This document shows positions 36,635-49,614 of a stretch of DNA of 64,000 nt, piece by piece. The position numbers and the translations under genes are program-made. The DNA comes from Geosiphon pyriformis uo1. Lineage: Eukaryota; Fungi; Glomeromycota. The notes under the pieces were generated by a model. The model was not told the origin of the DNA and ran no database searches. It saw nothing but the letters and a program-made list of their open reading frames with translations. Location: the NCBI GenBank assembly GCA_016748015.1, contig JAAOMT010000073.1, positions 1 through 64,000 on the forward strand, given 5' to 3'. Positions within the stretch are counted from its first letter, which is position 1; each line of letters begins with the position of its first letter.

Positions 36635-39348
36635 GGATTAATGTCAATTAGACGTAAAACTTAATAAAAACTTATTACAATATGGAATAAAACACTACAT
36701 AAAAGGCTTAATAATTTGGAACAATACTCGAGCGACGATTTAAAAAAGTGCAATTGTTTTTTTTTTAACAATAGATATCTGAATTGATTGTTTGTTGTTG
36801 ATTCCTATTATTCTTGGAGAAAAACAAGGGTTCTTTAGTTGCCAAATCTCAGATAATACACATTACAGAATTTTTAGTTAAATCTGGGGAATGACATTTT
36901 ACTAAATACAATTTCAGAAGTCGTAAATATTAAATATTTTTTATAATTACAAATTTGGCTTTAAGGAACAGCTTAGAAACTATAACTAAAAATATATGGA
37001 ATAAATAATCTACTTAATAAAAATTAAATAATATCGCAATTTTTAGACTTGTAATCTTTTTAATTATAAATTAAAATTATGATTTTTTGAACTTTCAATT
37101 TTTCTATAACAATAGGTTTATTAAATAAATAAATGATTATATATTGATAAACTTTAGTATTATTTTTATTTTTTTAAATTTAATTTAAGATATCCAAATA
37201 TTTAGCTTAAGAAAACAAAACTTAAAAAACTTAAAACACTAATTTTGCTTAAAAAAACAGAACTACCAACAAATATCAATTAAATAAAAACTAGCAAAGT
37301 TCAAAATATTTTAATAGTTACAAGTCAATACATTATAGTTTAAAATATATTAAACCATACTAATTACTAAAAACTTAATATTTTTTATATTAACACTTCA
37401 ATTATTATAATTAATTTATTTAAAAAAGTATTTTATTTTATTTTTTAACTAATGTCTTTGCAAATTACATAAACCAGATTTTAAAGATTTTTTTGGTATT
37501 AAAATATCTTAAAAAACTTGATTTGACAATTTTATTAATATAAAAACCAAATATAATCATTCATAATACTTTTAATAAAAAAATTTTTGTTAAATATAAA
37601 AATAATCAATAATAATGCATACTTAAAAGATAATATAATATAAATTTAAGTGTAATAATAATAAATTAAACTGTAATTTAAAAATATGTTTTATATTATT
37701 CAATTTTTAATTAATTAAATTTGTTTAGTTAGCAAAAATAATTATTTTTTAACATTTTAATAATAAAAACAATTACAAGATTTAATTTTTAATATAATAA
37801 ATATTACTAAAATTTTCAAAAATTATTTATTATAAGTAAAATTAATATTTAATATAACTTTTATTATTTATTAAAAAAAGTTTAATTAAAAAAATAACAA
37901 AATTTTAATTATTGTAAAATTTTTAATTAATTTTTAATGGCTTAAATTTATAAAGTTTTAACAATATTAAACTTGTAACTAATAAAAAAATATATTAAAA
38001 CTTTTATAAAACAAGCATTTTTTTATTGCTTAACAAAATAAGATTCGATTACACATATAATTAAATATATTTTATGATAAATTTAGTTTATATTTTGTTT
38101 ATATGTAATTAATTACTTAAGTTAATTAAAACAATATTATACTTTATTTAAAATATTTTTATTTATATTAATATAAGTACATAAATAACTAATTAATATA
38201 ACTTAAGTAATTGAATTTTATTGTATATTTAAATTTTAATTTACTATTATCTGATTTATTTGATTTATTATACTTAATTATTTTATGTTTTTTTTGTAAA
38301 TAAGATTTTGTTTTTGATTTTGCAATTAATTATAAATAAAAACAATAATATAAAATTATGTTTTTATATTTACAATAAATTAATTTAATTTAAAAAAAGT
38401 AAGCTGGTAAAAAACAAAAAAAACATTCGAATTTTCATTAAAATTGTTTTAAATAATATTTAAAATAACCATTTTTATAATGCATATAAAAAACCAGAAT
38501 CTTAATTATTAAAGCAAAAACTTATTTAAAAGTTTTAATAAGAATAAAATAACAATATTTAAATATTTTTTTTTAAATTGAAATTACTTTTATATATACA
38601 TATTTTCTATTTTTAAAATAGTTTTTAAAAGTTTGTTATTTTTATTGTTTTTTATATTATTCTATTATTATATATTATTTTATGTTATTTTTTCATATAA
38701 ATTGTTTAATTTTAAATTTAATTTGCAAATTATTTAAAATTTTGTTCAGATTTTTTACTATTTTATTAATATAATTTTAAGTATTAATTAATAAGATTAA
38801 GAATAGTTAATTCTAGTTTTTTTTTGCTAAATATTTTGAATTTGTTGAATATAATTTCTAAATTTATATTTAACTTTTGTATTGTTTTAAATAATTGGTG
38901 CAAAAACTTTAAAATATTTATATTAATAATTTTTCTGATTTTTTTAATAATTTCTTTAATGTTTATATTTTTAATTTTTATGACTTAATTTTTTTTTAAA
39001 GTTTTAAAAAAGTGATTTCGAAAATTTTTTTTGTGATTGGTTATATTAAATATGTAAATAATTTTAATTTTATAAGTAATATTACTTTTTTTATATATTA
39101 ATTCAAATATTAGTAAATTTTTAAAGAAAAATATTTTTAAATACTTGTTAATTTTTAGATATATTTAAATTTTTAAATTATTTATTAATAATTTCTTAGA
39201 AAAAAAAGAAATTGTTTTTAATATTCTTATTATGTTTTATTTATTTGTATTTTTTTCTTTGATAATTTTGTTAAGTTATTCTTGAAAATTAGTTTTAACA
39301 ATTTTTTTTGAAAATTTAAAATTTTTGTAATGTATAAAATTATTATTA

Positions 39349-39382
<34 letters not shown>

Positions 39383-41769
39383 TTGCTTTTTTTTTAATAA
39401 ATTTAAAAATGGTTTTTTTATTTACTAAATTTTTTGAGTGGTCACTTTGGTTTTTTACTAAATAATTAATAATATTGGCATTTATGTAGATTTGTTTTTG
39501 CTATTAAATTAAATTTTTTAATAATATAAAATCTTTTGATTTTAAAAAACAAATAAGTAATAAGTTAAATATTTGAGTTTAAACAAGTAAATTTAAAAAT
39601 AATATAATTAAAAGTAGTAGTTTAATACTGGTTTTTTGTTTAAGTATTTATAAATATATAATAGTAATTCTTAATATATTGTAAATTATTTAGCTAAGTT
39701 AAAATATATTTTTTTGTTTAGATTTTAAATTAAAAAAAAATTGTAAATAAACTAAGTATTTTTTTTTATAAAATTAAATGATATTATAATTAAGTTTTTA
39801 AAAATAAGTAAGATAAATATTAATACTAATAGTTTTTGGTTTAATTGAATAATAGATTAAATTTTTATAAAGATTTTATTTAATTTTTAAAAAGATTGTT
39901 ATTAATTTGAATTTTAATATACTAAAAAAAAGTTTTTTACAATTGTAATTTTGTTTTGGATTTTAAATTTTTGTTTACAATAGATGTAAATTAATTAATA
40001 ATATTTTAGAATTGTTATATTAAATATAATTCTTATTTTAAATAATATTATTATTGTGTTAATTTTTAAGAAAATATTAAATATTATCACAAATTTTTGT
40101 TCTTTTTTTTATATTGTTAATGTTAAGTTGTTATTAAATTTTTCGTTAATAAAAATTAATAAATTTTTAATAAGCTAATTTATTTTTAAAATATTTTTTT
40201 ATACTTTGAATTATTTGTGTTATTAAATTTATAATAAAATAATCAATTTTATATTAATTATTTATAATAAAAGTTAATTTTTTTACAAAAAATTTTATTT
40301 GTAAACTTCTTAATAATATGTAGTTATTTTATTATAAAAGTCGATTTTTTTACAAAAAATCTGACTATAAACTACTTAATAATATAAAAATAAAAAAAGT
40401 ATCTTGTTTAAATTTAAAATTAACTAAGTAATTACTAAAATTAATAATTAATCAATTTTAAGATATTTAATTAAAATTTATAAATTTTAAAACAATAATA
40501 ATTATTAAAAAAGTTTGATTTTCAAAATAGATTTTATTTTATTAATTTATAATAACTAATTAATTATTAAAAAAATAATTATAAACTAAAATATATATTT
40601 TTAAAAAAAAAATTTTTTCTTTTATATAATCTGTTATAATATTATTTTATAATATAATATATTTTTTTGTTAATATTTTTACAAATTAAAGTTACTAATT
40701 ATTTTGAATATTTTATTAAATTTCTAAATATTTTGATAAATTTTTAAATATTATATAGTTTAAAATATTATATATTCTAATTATTGAATTTATTTATATT
40801 TGTATATTATACAAATTAAATTATTAAATAAATAGTAATATTTAATAATCTGATTAAATAATAAATTAAAACAATAATATATATAAAAATTATAAAAATA
40901 AAGATTAAACTTAATAAAAAAAGTTATTGTTTTTATTTATTATTTCTGCATATTATTTTTGTTAATTGTTTTTTTAAAAGCTGTTTTTTAATAATTTTAG
41001 TTTTGTTTGAGTATATTATAAATATTTGTTGACAATAATATTTTACAACTTAATTTTACTATATATAAATATATTTAAATTACAATAAAACTAATAAAAA
41101 AACCAGACCAAAAAATTTTATAACTTACTTTTAATTTAAGTTTGATAACAAAAATCTAATTAAAACAGTTTTTAATTATTTATTTGTTTTAAAAAATTAG
41201 TTATTATTATATTAATAATATGTTTTTTTTAATAATTATACAAAATATACAATATTAAAACAAAGATGAACATCTATAATTTACAGTTTAAGATAACAAT
41301 TAATTGAAAATACACACTATTATACTTAATATTTAATGTAAATGTTTTTAATATATTATAATAGAAAAAAATAAAGAGATAATACTTCTTTAATATTTAA
41401 TATATTTATAATAGTAATTAATTACTTTCTTTAAATTTTATTTAATGCTATATAATTATTAGATTCTGAACTTAATTTAACAACAAAGCCAACATTTAAT
41501 CAATAAAAACAGAAGATTATTGTTCTGTAACATATTCAAGAAGTATGACTTAAAAACTGAAAAGTTGAAATTAGATTATATTAATAAACAGAATATCATG
41601 TTTTTATTTTCTATTTTTGTCAAAATTATATAAAGTATTAATATCTAATGTGGTTATATTTCTTGTAGACTAAAGTTAATCTTACTACAAAAGCAGAGTA
41701 ATAATTTAAGACCAATTTGTTTTGGTGAAAATTTTTTTTTTCGTTTGATGTGTCCAGCTTTATTTAGCA

Positions 41770-41971
41770 GAATGTTGGTCCCATGGTCCTTTTAGCCATG
41801 TGATCAAGCATAGGACCTGGTCCTACTTAAGAATCATCCCATAAAAAAATGATATAAAATTGATTCAGTTTTGGATCGGTCCCATTTTTAGGTTCTGGAT
41901 CGGTCTCATGAACTAAGTCCTTGGATCCATTCCAGCGGTCTTTGGACCGGACGGACCGATTAACATCCCTA
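41770..41971 (-). mobile_element. Terminus of a hAT-like DNA transposon
   Basis: The reverse complement begins TAGGGATGTTAATCGG (Ac-like TAGGGATG), followed by many GGTCC/GGACC subterminal motifs and the palindrome TAGGACC-T-GGTCCTA; the other end was not found. Confidence 0.55.
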
Positions 41972-42400
41972 TTCGAAAGCATTATGTGCTAATGCACAAT
42001 TGGATTTCAAGTAAAATATCCTTAAAATAATCAAACTTGGCTTTTAAAACAACCTTCTTTCGCCCACATTACAGTACAAATAAATGAACTACTCAATTAA
42101 TTTGAAGTAGCTGTGTTGTAAGTAACGACTGGGTAATTAACAGAGCAATTCTTAAAAAATCGAGAGTTCGTGTTCTTGTCTCCTTTCTAGTGCAATAGTT
42201 GGGAGAATAGCTACTAAATTCATATTTTAAATAACTATTAATATAATACATGAAATTTTTAATTAGCAGTAATTTTATTAGATAAAATTGATAAAATCCA
42301 GTATCGATAAATTATTTTAATTTGTATCGAGTAGAATTGATGCCCTATTTGCTCTATTTTTGGTATGCAATAGAAAAGCCTTTGACGGTGGATATCACCT

Positions 42401-44288
42401 TCAGACTAACGTATCAAATAAGTAACTGATACTTTCCCCATTATGTGTCCTTCGAATCGCCTCGGCTAGAGTTTGAGACACGTCAATAACAACTAACTTT
42501 GACGTTTGTGCCAATTTCTCAGCTGAAATGGGGAATGAATTCGTGACGACCAACTTTTTTAAGAGAAAATCGTGAGATAAATATACCGTAATTGAAGGAA
42601 ACAAAGAAAATTACTTGTATAAATATTTTGTTTCGTACCTGATAAATGCTTTCACAATTATGTATTTCTTTCATACTATCACCACTCAAAATTCCATGAG
42701 TCGCTATTGCATACACGCGTTTTGCATTACATTTATTCATCAAATGATCGGCAGCAGCTATAAAAGAACTAGCCTTGTCAATCATATCATCCTATTAATT
42801 TATAAGTGAGATCAATATAAATAAAGTCAAGTAAATAGAATATAATTCAATAAAAATCACTTACAACAATAAATGCCACTTTCCCAGAAACATTACCCAC
42901 TAGTGTGATTGTGCTACTGCTATTGGATTCAACATCATCTAAATCTGCTGTTAGAACTTCACCAATAACTGATGTATTGGAACTGTTTGATGGTGAAAGT
43001 AGTTCATCTTCTTCTTCCTCCTCATCATCATCGACTACTGGACCATTTATGATTGCTGTAGTTATATTATTGGGGATGGAACACTTATCAGTGTGGAATT
43101 CATTGGAATGACCACCATTGTCGCATGTATTTAAATGGTAGCGAGGACGCGTTCGCTCTGTGTGAACAAGAGCAAAATCAATCTTTAGGCGATCGGCAAG
43201 AGATGTTACTCTGTTGGGAACGAGAAATTAGTGAGATGGCAATGATCAAGATAACTATGATTATGTGGCTAATAAATAAAACAGGTTGTAAGACCTTTTT
43301 GCGCCACCAGCATTTTTACTGACGACTACACCATCCGAGTATTCAGGAACGGTGTTCTGTATCCATTTAGCAATTGTAGGTTCGGCGTAGAGGTTGTCGA
43401 CAGGTTTATTAAAAAAACCTTGTATTTGAGATGCATGAAGATCCAATGTAATGATGTGATCCACACCAGCTACGCTAAGCAAATTTGCGACCACTTTGAT
43501 AGTTCATTGACGAAATTAGCATGATAAATATGAATGGAAATCAGTTGAGATATCGCTTGCATTAAGCGAGACTTTATGAAATTAGGATCCGGTACTGAGC
43601 TAATAGAGAAAAGATGACTTATAATGGCAATAAGTACTTTTCGCAGTAATAGCCCCGCGATACTTTTTCTTTTTGCTCTGTTTGCAATAAGGAAAATATG
43701 GCATCACGGCTAAATCAAAGTATATTAAATCAAGAATTAATTTAAAGCTAGTCACTGGAGAAAATGATCCAATAAAATACTTTAAACTTACCAGTTATGC
43801 GACTAGCCGATGCACCCTTACAGGCAGAGATCATGATAAGTAACTCCATTAAATGGTCATTGATATGTGTCGATCCAGATTGTATGATAAATACATCTTC
43901 ATTACGAACCGAGCATCCTTTCAAATCGTAATTTATAAAAATCAAGATTAAAAGTGATCAAATGGAATTATTAGTAAAAAAATTTTTTAAAAAAAAGATC
44001 CCCAATTAACTATGCTTTTAAGAAAGCTTTCAAATCAGATAAAAAACCCCTTCGTTTATAGAAGTTACAGTTTAATCTAAAAAGGACAAGAAACTGACCT
44101 ATTTCCACCGAGGTTTCTTGGTTCGAAAATTTTTTGAGAGAAGCAGGCGAAGGCGAGCCTATACCTAGTTTTTCACATATTAAATTGGCAAGTTCGACGT
44201 GTGAAGATCCTGAAAAAACTTTGGTTCTGCGCATATCTTGCAAAGTTGTTGCTGTCACTTGTGGTTGAGAACATTTTTGACTTGACAT
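42401..44288 (-). CDS. PRS1: Ribose-phosphate pyrophosphokinase, Prs1-type with NHR1 insertion, 7 exons
   Basis: [56 protein letters not shown], an acidic insert after [18 protein letters not shown] and [13 protein letters not shown]. The start could instead be the Met at 44234. Confidence 0.95.
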
Positions 44289-45774
44289 TTAATATTCTTT
44301 TTTGTCCTACCACGTGTTACTGCAACTCGGAAAGGAAAAATACAAGGCGTATCAATAGCGGAAATCGGAACGTTTCTCTTGGATTTGGTTTAGATTTTGC
44401 GGCTGATCTTTCCTGGAATTGTTTAAATCCTGAGGACCAACGATTGATTATCATTTTTGATTTGAATTTAGTTAAATTTTTTTAAATACATATGAATTTT
44501 AAATTTAACCAAATATAAAATTAATTCTTTTGTATTTATTTTACCTATAAAGTAATTTAGAGTTTTATTACTTTAAACAAACTCACTTATTCAAATTCTG
44601 GTATTTTTTTACTAAATTTTATATTAAAAGTTTGCAGATTTCAAAAAATTTAATATATTTTTACTTATAAAAAGCCCAATATTATCATTTTATTTAGAAA
44701 GCATATATTATATTTGGTTTTAGTCTTAATATATTTTTTATAAAGCATAATTATTATTTTAATTTGAAACTTGAAAAATAAAAATCTGTTTTTAATCTTT
44801 ATATTTAACTTGTTTTATTAATCAATAAAAAATATATGTATTATTAAAAAATAATTTTTTTTTCTAATTTTATGATCATGATCAAAACAAAAAATAAAAA
44901 GTTTCAAATACTACTTTTCTTATAATAACTAATAAAGTTTTAACAAAAAAAATTTTTTGTTATTAAAACAGTTAAGCAAAACATCTTAATAATATTTCTC
45001 TTAAATATTAATAGTAAAAAACTGTCTTTAACAGCTTTTAAAGCATTTTTTTTATTTTTGATCAGTGATTTTTCTTTAATTAAAGTTTTTTTTAAAAAAC
45101 ATACTTGAATTAATTTTAATATTGTTTTTATTTTTATCAAGAATTCCAAAGTTTTTAATAATAAATTATTAATAAGCTGATTTTTTTTGTTCTTATTATT
45201 AATATTATTATTATTACTTTATAAATAACCAAAAAAAATAAATATTTAAAAAAACAGCAATAATTATTTATATTTGCTAATATTATACCAAATTTTTTTG
45301 TGGTTTTAAATAAAAATTTTTTCAAAATCTTTCAATAGTAATCAGTTTTTTTTTAATATATATAATAATAATAATAGCATATTTTTCAAGATAAATCAAA
45401 ATTAATTATTAATTATACTATTAAATATAATGTTTTTTAACAAATTATTAAGTTATTTAATTTTAAAAATTAAATTAATCAAATAAAAATTAAATTAATC
45501 TTTTTTTTTGTTTTTTGATACTGTTTTTGATAATATTTAAAAAACAATTTCCAATTGTTAAAAATTTTTTAAATAAATAGTTTTTACTTTAGTATTTAAT
45601 TTTATTTTCAAAATTAGTCTTTATTAATTCTTTGTTTTATTTGTTATCTGATTTTATTAAACTTAAATGTATTTTAAAAAACAATATTTAAATTGTTTTG
45701 TATAAACTTTGTTTTTCAGATTTTTTTAATTATTATTATTAAAATTTTTATTAGTAGTTCTTTTTTTTAACCAC

Positions 45775-46610
45775 TGTTACTCATAAAAAAGTATAAAAAA
45801 GAAAGTAAAAAAAACAAATAGAAAAATAAAACTTAACAAGTATGCACAATTTTAGAAAATTATAATATATTGCTTAGCAATAAATACATTGTTAATAAAT
45901 TATGACATACTGCTTAGCAATAAGCATATTGTCAAAAAAAATAGAACATATAGTTCAAGAAAATACAAAATTTTATATAACAAGAATTATGTATATATAA
46001 TAAAAATATTAAAAACAAAAAAAACAGAATTGATTCAGAAAAATTAGTTACAACTTATTAATTATCTAATATCTCTTTTTTTAAAAAGTAGTTTTCTACA
46101 ACTTAAAATAGAATTAAATTACATATTAATAAAATATTAATATTACTTAAATCCATATTATTATCACTTAATTAAGAGATATTAATCAATTCCATACTAT
46201 TAACACTCTATGTTAATAGAATCTAATACTTAATTATACTAAACCAATAGTTTTTGATTATGGCTATTGATAAAATACTAATTTTTTATTTTTTTTTATT
46301 TTTATTTATTTTATTTTATTTCTTTATTGTTTATTAATTGATTAAAAAAATTAAGTGCTGAGTATTTAACATTAAAAATAGCCCAATAAAAAACCTGGAA
46401 ATAAGAGTAAAAATTTAAAAATAGCTTACCAGAAGAGCACAACTGCCAGAATAAACTGCCTATCATGCTAAAAAAACTATTAATTGAATCTCTGTCTATT
46501 ATACAAAAGACTCAATTAAAACCTTTAAAAATTACCAATATTATCAATTATTGAACACCAAGTTACAAGTTTGTTATTTGTTTCAACATCTTAAATAATT
46601 ATTTGTAATA
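45775..46610 (+). mobile_element. Solo LTR related to element 1
   Basis: TGTTACTCATAAAAA...GTAATA; TSD CCAC/TCAT; same R/U5 hairpins; the empty site is visible in the ghost copy near 25450. Confidence 0.88.
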
Positions 46611-46998
46611 TCATATTTAAGATTACAAAATTTTTTGTAATAGCTTTTGGTTTTTTTATTTTTATTTTTGTTGTATTTTATAATGTTTCTCTTAATACAT
46701 TTTTTAATGATATTAAAAATACTTTTGGTGTTTTTGGTGTTATTATTTTAATTAAATTAAAGCTAATTAACTTATAATAATATGTTATTATTAATTTTAA
46801 AAACGGTTTTTTTGCTATTACTATTTTTAGTAATTAATTTGTATTGGTTAAAAAAGATAATATTAAAATTTTTTCTCTTTTTAATTAAAAAAAACTATTA
46901 TTTTAAAAGATATTTTTAATTTTAAATTAGTCAATTTTTTTTAGTTGTATTATTTTTAAAATCAGTAATTTGATTTCTCAAGTTGATAATTATATTTG

Positions 46999-48363
46999 TC
47001 TGTAGGGCTGGTGCTGCCACTTTTTTTGAGAACATTAGTTTGGGCCTTGGTGTTGGTGTTTCAGGTTTGATGTCATCTACTCTGGCAGAATTGCAGACTA
47101 TTGCATTGGCTTTGGAATGTGTTCTCGCATCTAGTTCTGTTCAGTTGTTCTCAAATAGTCAATCTGCTCTGGATGTGTACAAGTCTGAATTGAGTTTTGT
47201 GTGTCCAGATTTTCACAATTAGTGCTAGATAGAGTGCTGACATATTGTAAATGTTGTTAGATGTAAGAACTTAAGTGTCAGTTGGCACAAGGTAAAAAGT
47301 CACTTTAGCATTTCTGGAAATGAGCATGCTGACTTGATTGCTGGTGCTGCTTTTCTTTCTGGTCAGCATTTTATTCCTCGCTTAAATAAACATTTTATAG
47401 TTGCTGATAATAGTGTAGTTTCTGGAAATTCCAGACATTTTGTTTGCGATATTTATCGCTCCATTTGTCATGCATATTGGGAAGTTGGTTTTGGCTCTAA
47501 GTTCTTGGTTAATAGCTTGCTTTCTGAGGTAGATTGGCCCTGCTCTTCACTGGTTTGGCATCCTGATTTGCATATGGCCACCAGTTTTATTAGCAAACCT
47601 TTGGCTGGCATCTGTACTTATTTTATGAAGGCTTTGCATCATTGACTTCCTGTTGCAGTTCGAAAGTGTCTTTATAACAAACATTATCCTAGTGTGCTTT
47701 ATTTATATTGTGGCAAGATAGAGACTTTGGATCACGTGTTCTTTTGTAAAATTGACAATTCTATTTGATCCCATATATTGGATTCTCATGTCAATTCTTG
47801 GGAAACTCTTTCTGGTTTATCTCATTTTTCTTTTTGTGTGTTGCAACTGTTATTATCTTGTGTTTCTGATTTCTTAGTCTCTATGGCCCTTTATAAGGAT
47901 TTTGTGTTTAATGGTTGGTTTCGCGAAGCTGTCTCTGTCTTTTATGATCCAAAGGTTGCTGGTTTGGAGATTGTTAAGTTTGTGAGATCTCTTGGTCTCA
48001 CTTTTAGAGATAATATCTGGTTGGTCTGCATTAAACATTGAGCCTATATAAAGAAAGCCAACCTAATTCTGCTGGATGGTTCAGTTCTTGTGACAGTTTC
48101 AGGTTTGGCTTCAGGGTTTTTTGCTGGTATGGTCAAATTGCTTGGCATCGCTGAGGCATTGGACATTCATTTTGGTTTTTGCAAATCATGTTTATTTTTC
48201 TCTGGTATAGATAACTTTGTTTCTGTTCGTATAACTGTATAGTGATGTTCTGATTGGTCCAAGTGGCTGGTCACGTGTAGTAAATGCATGATTCATGCTT
48301 AGTATAAATCATTTCTTTGATGTATAACACTAGGTAGTATTTGGACCTCATTCATAATAAAAA
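46999..48363 (+). mobile_element. LINE C: 5'-truncated copy (RNase H to 3' UTR and A tail)
   Basis: AELQTIALALE, SNSQSA, WHKVKSH, WHPDLH; 3' UTR homologous to LINE B; possible TSD ATATTTG at 46992-46998 and 48364-48370. Confidence 0.88.
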
Positions 48364-49614
48364 ATATTTGCTTTATTTTTGATTTTTTTGATTTTTATTA
48401 TTGTTAATATTTTACTGTTATAATATTTAAGTTTTGTAAGTTTTTAAATTATATTGTTATAAAAACTAATATTTTATATAAATATTATATCTAATAAAAA
48501 TTTTTTAAGTATTATTATTATAAATATTAGAATTTAGATTATTTGTCTAAAAATTACAAAATATTATTTTTTTTTCTTAATTTATTATTTAAGACTATTA
48601 TTAACTTTAAGTTTTTTGTATTATTTTTTATTAATAACAAATTTTATGTTAAAATATTTATTTTTGGCTTTTTTTTTGTTGTTTTTGTGGTTATTTTTGT
48701 TGTTGATTTTGTAATTAAATTAAATTTTTTGAAATTTCAAATCTTGAATTTGGTTTTTTTAATGAAATCTGTTATTGAGTTTATTAATTTTCTGATTATT
48801 TTAATTATTTTTTTTAATTGAAAATATACATAAAATCACAAAATAAAAAAAAATTTGTTTATTATAATTAATATTTCCAAAAACTTTAACTAATATATTT
48901 AAGAACTTTGTTAATTTTAAAGCTAAAATTGATTTTAATAACATAAATAAAAATGAAATTAGTATTATTAAAGCTTTTTTTTTAAGTAAAAACACTTATT
49001 ACTATTTTGTTGTTTTGTGATAGATATGTAATTCTAATATTAAGAATAATATTAAGAAAACTAAACTGTTTTTTGGTGATTTTATTTTTAATACTTAAAA
49101 TTTAAATGGTATTATTAAAAAATTTAATGAAATAAATTTACTTTTAACAATTTTTGTTTTAACTTAATTAATATTTTAACTAATTTAAATAGTTGATTAC
49201 ATATAAAAAATATAAAAAATATATTTAATCTAAGTTATTTAATGTAATATATTGTATTAAATAGTATTTAAACACACTTTATTAAAACTTAATAAAAAAA
49301 TTATTAAAAAACCAATGAATTTATTATTAATTTTATTAAATAAGCTAATTTTTGTATTTGCAATTTTTAAAAATTTAATTTAAATTTTAAGTTTTTTAAA
49401 ACTTAAAAATAATAATAAAATATTTTTAATTATAATTAAATTAAAGAAATTAAAAAAAATATATGTATTTAAATAATTATATTATTAATTTTATAAATTA
49501 TATATTAAAAAAATTAAACAATATAATTTTAAAAATGTTTTAAAATAATGATTTTTTTAATTTAACAAAAAATTTTAATATTCTTTTTTATTAAAATTAA
49601 TCAATAAATTAAAA

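Larger units (their letters stand above)
44900..49600 (+). repeat. AT-decayed ghost repeat (probable old LINE) interrupted by a solo LTR and LINE C
   Basis: Collinear with the reverse complement of 24540-26250 and 17160-17760. Confidence 0.55.

Noticed and set aside
17160-49600. Large inverted segmental duplication flanking the gene island
   Set aside because: Similarity is confined to repeat-derived sequence with different nested insertions, and is better explained by independent copies of one family.
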